DNA of 64,000 nt from Sarea resinae (lineage: Eukaryota). Positions 60,838-64,000 of the stretch are shown here, one piece after another. The position numbers were made by a program, and so were the translations under genes. Below the pieces are notes generated by a model. That model saw nothing but the letters and a program-made list of their open reading frames with translations. It was not told where the DNA came from and searched no databases. The DNA lies in contig JAPEUD010000028.1 of NCBI GenBank assembly GCA_026026165.1, forward strand, positions 62,001-126,000, written 5' to 3'. Position 1 is the stretch's first letter; the number at the start of each line of letters is the position of its first letter.

Positions 60838-63018
60838 TCAGCGGAAAAAAGCACGTGTCTTCTTCGTTTCCGTCTCCGCTCCAGCTCCACCATCAGCCCG
60901 AGTCCCAGAAGCCTCACCAGAAGCCTCACCAGAACCAGACCCCGCAGAAGCCGAAGCCGAAGCCGAAGCCGAAGCCGCCGCGGCGTCCTTGACCGCGTCC
61001 CGGATCGTCTGGCGCGAGAGGCAGTAGTCGATGTGAGCGTTGAACTGGCGCCCATCGGCGCGCTGCGGCCGCGAGCAGATCGGGCATTGCCATACATTAG
61101 CTGTATCTTTTTCGCTTTCGCGCGCGGCGTCGTGTTGGGCCGGATGCGTAGCTGCAGCGGGTGTCGAGGACGTCGGTGCTTTCTGGGCGGCAGCTGCTAG
61201 AGCGGCGGCGGCAGCAGCAGCAGCAGCGGTTGCGGGGATGGGATTCGGTAGGATCTCCTTGCCGTGCCGGCGCCGCTTGGTGCTGTTGGCGTCGTCTGGA
61301 TCGCGCTGCTGCTGGTCCGGCGGGGGCCCCTGAAATAGATGGTCGTCTTCTTCTTGGCTCAAACGACTCATCTCGGCCATCTCGTCTTCCTTCTCCCGGC
61401 GGGCGGCGGCCTCGAATTCCTCCTCGGGCCAGACCTCCCATTCTCCCCCACCATCATCATTACAATCACTGGCACCAGCCAAGACGCTAGCTTTCCGTTT
61501 CCCCGACCCTTCCCCTTCAAGCCCCCCTTCGCGCTGCTGCCGCGTTCTGGTGAAGCCGAAGAAATCTATCGGCCCCGGCTTCGAGTCCGTCAGGTTCGTC
61601 ACCCGCAATCCCATCAGCCGGATCCGCATCCCGGGTCGCTCGCGCTCCAGCTTCGCCAGCATCGGCAAGGCATACGTGTACAGCTCGTCGGCGGCCGCGA
61701 TGGCGCGGGGCAGAATCACCTGCCGTGTCAGCACCTCGTACGTGTGCATCTTCATCTTCAGCACGAGGGTGCGGCCGCGGACGCCCGTGCGCACGAGGTC
61801 CTTCTCGAGCTCCTCGGCCGTGGCGCGTAGTTTGGCCCGCAGCTGGCCTTTGTCGCTGATGTCGCCAAACGTGCTCTCGGTGCCCACGCTCTTGCGCTCG
61901 TACTCCTCCGCCGGCTGGATCACCGTGCGCCCGAGCCCGAGGTAGCAGTTCATAAGGAAGCTAAAGGCCTTTTCGCCGAAAAGTTTGGAGAGGTACGCCC
62001 GCTGCGCGTAGATGTCGCCGCACGTCTTGATGCCGATGGCGTCGAGTTCGCGCTCGAACACGCGGCCGATGCCGTTGACTTTGCGCGTCGGCAGCTCTCG
62101 CATAAAGGCCATGATGTCGGCGCGCGTCGACGGCACGCGGTACTGGCCGTTTGGCTTGTTCTTGTTGGAGGCGATCTTGGCGAGTTTGGCATTGGCCGCG
62201 ATGCCAGCGGAAATCGTAATCTTGGTCTTCTCGGACACTTCGGCGCGCAGTTGCTGCACCGCGGACTCCGGGTCCAGATCGTCGTGCTCTTGCAGGTACT
62301 TTGTAATATTGAGGTAGGCCTCGTCGATACTGGCGCTCTCGAAGCGCGGGTCGTAGTTGGCGAGGATGGCACGCACTTCCTGCGCCTTGGCCGTGTATTT
62401 GTCAAAGTTGAGCGGGAGGCAGATCAGGTGCGGACAGAGCTTCATGGCGATGAATCCAGCCATGCCACTCCGGCAGCCGAATTTGCGCGCGTGGTAGTTG
62501 CAGGTCGTGAGCACGCCCTTGCCCACGGCCATGGGGACATGCTTCAGTTCCGGCCGATCAAGCTCTTCTACCGCGGCGTAAAAGGCGTCGCAGTCGATGT
62601 GGACGACGGTCTGCGAGAGGTCGCGCGAGAGCTCGAGTTGCGCGATGTAATCGTCGGCGCGGCGGAGGTCTGACTGGAGGTCGACGCTTTCCAGCTTGCG
62701 CTTTCGCGCGAGGATGCTTTCGATCTTCTTCGTGAGGTTCTTATCCTTGACTTCTTCATTGTTGAAATACTTCGAGCCCTTGGACGCCTCGTAGATGGTT
62801 TCCGAGACCTGTGCATCACCCCAGTAAGCATGGGAACAGAGGATAGCTGTTGGAAGACCAACCTTTCGCTGATCGACAGCATCTTGACCGGCCTTGGTCA
62901 AAGAAGGGCCTAGCAGATGGTATTTGAGAGTATCGTGTTCCCCGACGCTGGCTGCTGCTGCCGCTGCTGCAATGACTTGGTCCGGAGCTGGCGACGGGGA
63001 CCCTTGAGCAACGGTCAT
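60838..63018 (-). CDS. POLK: Y-family translesion DNA polymerase kappa (DinB homologue)
   Basis: VHIDCDAFYAAVE, TCNYHARKFG, ASIDEAYL, SAGIAANAKLAKIASNKNKPNG, RKSVGTESTF, UBZ finger CPIC..FNAHIDYCL and PIP-like C-terminus KKTRAFFR*. 54-nt intron at 62809-62862. The start codon (63018 or 63111) is uncertain. Confidence 0.92.
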   Translation of the reverse strand: MTVAQGSPSPAPDQVIAAAAAAASVGEHDTLKYHLLGPSLTKAGQDAVDQRKVGLPTAILCSHAYWGDAQVSETIYEASKGSKYFNNEEVKDKNLTKKIESILARKRKLESVDLQSDLRRADDYIAQLELSRDLSQTVVHIDCDAFYAAVEELDRPELKHVPMAVGKGVLTTCNYHARKFGCRSGMAGFIAMKLCPHLICLPLNFDKYTAKAQEVRAILANYDPRFESASIDEAYLNITKYLQEHDDLDPESAVQQLRAEVSEKTKITISAGIAANAKLAKIASNKNKPNGQYRVPSTRADIMAFMRELPTRKVNGIGRVFERELDAIGIKTCGDIYAQRAYLSKLFGEKAFSFLMNCYLGLGRTVIQPAEEYERKSVGTESTFGDISDKGQLRAKLRATAEELEKDLVRTGVRGRTLVLKMKMHTYEVLTRQVILPRAIAAADELYTYALPMLAKLERERPGMRIRLMGLRVTNLTDSKPGPIDFFGFTRTRQQREGGLEGEGSGKRKASVLAGASDCNDDGGGEWEVWPEEEFEAAARREKEDEMAEMSRLSQEEDDHLFQGPPPDQQQRDPDDANSTKRRRHGKEILPNPIPATAAAAAAAAALAAAAQKAPTSSTPAAATHPAQHDAARESEKDTANVWQCPICSRPQRADGRQFNAHIDYCLSRQTIRDAVKDAAAASASASASASAGSGSGEASGEASGTRADGGAGAETETKKTRAFFR

Positions 63019-63649
63019 GATAGTCGGCCTAAGGGAGCTGGGTCCGAGACAGGCATCTGCGCGACGGTGGCAAGACCGAGCGAAAGCTATATGACGGACC
63101 GGGACAGTCACACATTCGAGCTGCGTCGCCTTGATCTGTGAAGAAAGGAGTAAAGTAGGGCGTCAGTAGCAGCCCTACCACCCTACAGAGGTACCTATCT
63201 ACTCTACCGCAATTGATACGCGGGGAAGACTACTCGCGAAGCATGGCGATCTACTCCGTACGTAGTATCAGTCAATTCATTTGTAATGTATATGAACACT
63301 TCCATTGTTGTCTTAGAATAATTACTTGGATGATCTTGCAGGAAGACGACCACCCGACCCGCCAGATCCGCCGTATGAACATATCCTGCGCGTTCCCTAG
63401 CATTCCCGAGCATAACTCCTGGAGACCGTCAAAAACTCATGCCCCCTCCATCCAGACCCACGACCTGTACTTCCGTCAAGAGTCCGCCGTCCGCCGCCCG
63501 GAGCGTAGAAATGAAAGGATAAAGCCGCCCACGCGGCTCTAACAGAATACATAAAGGGACGCAGCTTACGAAACGGTGAAAAAGAAAGTTCCGTTGATTT
63601 GTTCAAGATCCCAGCCCACACGACCCCCGAACTCCCTGCCATCGTTTCC

Positions 63650-64000
63650 TCACATCACGATACACTGCTTGTTGCCCGTGGGTTGGCTCGGATTCTGCGA
63701 CTTTTCAATCTCCGCGATCATGAGCTCGAAAGCCCTCGTGACGTTTTCATTGTATCGGGCGCTCGCCTCGGTCCAGGCACATTTGAATTCCTCTGCGAGC
63801 CCGCGTCCGTCCTCGACGGTGACTTGTCTCTGCTCGGGCCGTAGATCGCTCTTGTTGCCGACGATGGTCAACGGTACCCACTCGGCGCCCTGCATTTGCA
63901 TTGCATATCAGCAATCGCCGCAAGCTGCCATTGCCGAGGCGATGTGACTCACAAGGTGATTTAAGATCTTGTCACGAATGACGCGGATCATCTCAAAAGA
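63650..64000 (-). CDS. RHB1: Rheb small GTPase, 3' part (runs off the window end)
   Basis: FEMIRVIRDKILNHL/GAEWVPLTIVGNKSDL (G4), EASAR (G5) and CAAX box CIVM*. Confidence 0.9.

Noticed and set aside
60615..62673. Long ORFs overlapping pol kappa, mostly antisense
   Set aside because: They are shadow frames expected from very GC-rich codon usage.
1..64000. Intact transposons, rRNA or canonical tRNA genes
   Set aside because: No transposase, RT or integrase motifs, LTR or TIR pairs, or complete cloverleafs were seen by eye.

Overview
This is eukaryotic DNA from a filamentous ascomycete (Pezizomycotina): short GT-AG introns with CTAAC/CTGAC branch sites and microsatellite-rich intergenic tracts. 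About 18 intact genes can be supported. They are a G1/S cyclin, UTP4, PNG1, an Srs2/UvrD helicase, a divergent USP deubiquitinase, an ER FKBP, a small mitochondrial protein, an IRC21-like cytochrome b5, NBS1, an RPEL protein, ERG9, an SLC35E3-like transporter, a DJP1-like DnaJ, a conserved unknown protein, GPI14, DNA polymerase kappa, the 3' end of Rheb and a possible Ser-rich orphan. Three gene relics are also present: an APH-family kinase with one in-frame stop, and a 5'-truncated MFS transporter abutting a 5'-truncated fungal transcription factor. The most unusual element is a non-coding array at 24019-25086. It holds ten copies of a 22-27 nt motif (CTCTCCTCTTTTTGTCTCGAGC[GTGCA]) separated by largely unique 53-136 nt spacers, just downstream of the helicase gene. 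The layout is CRISPR-like, but no cas gene is visible and its function is unknown. Gene models and family calls were made by eye from motifs; no database search was run.
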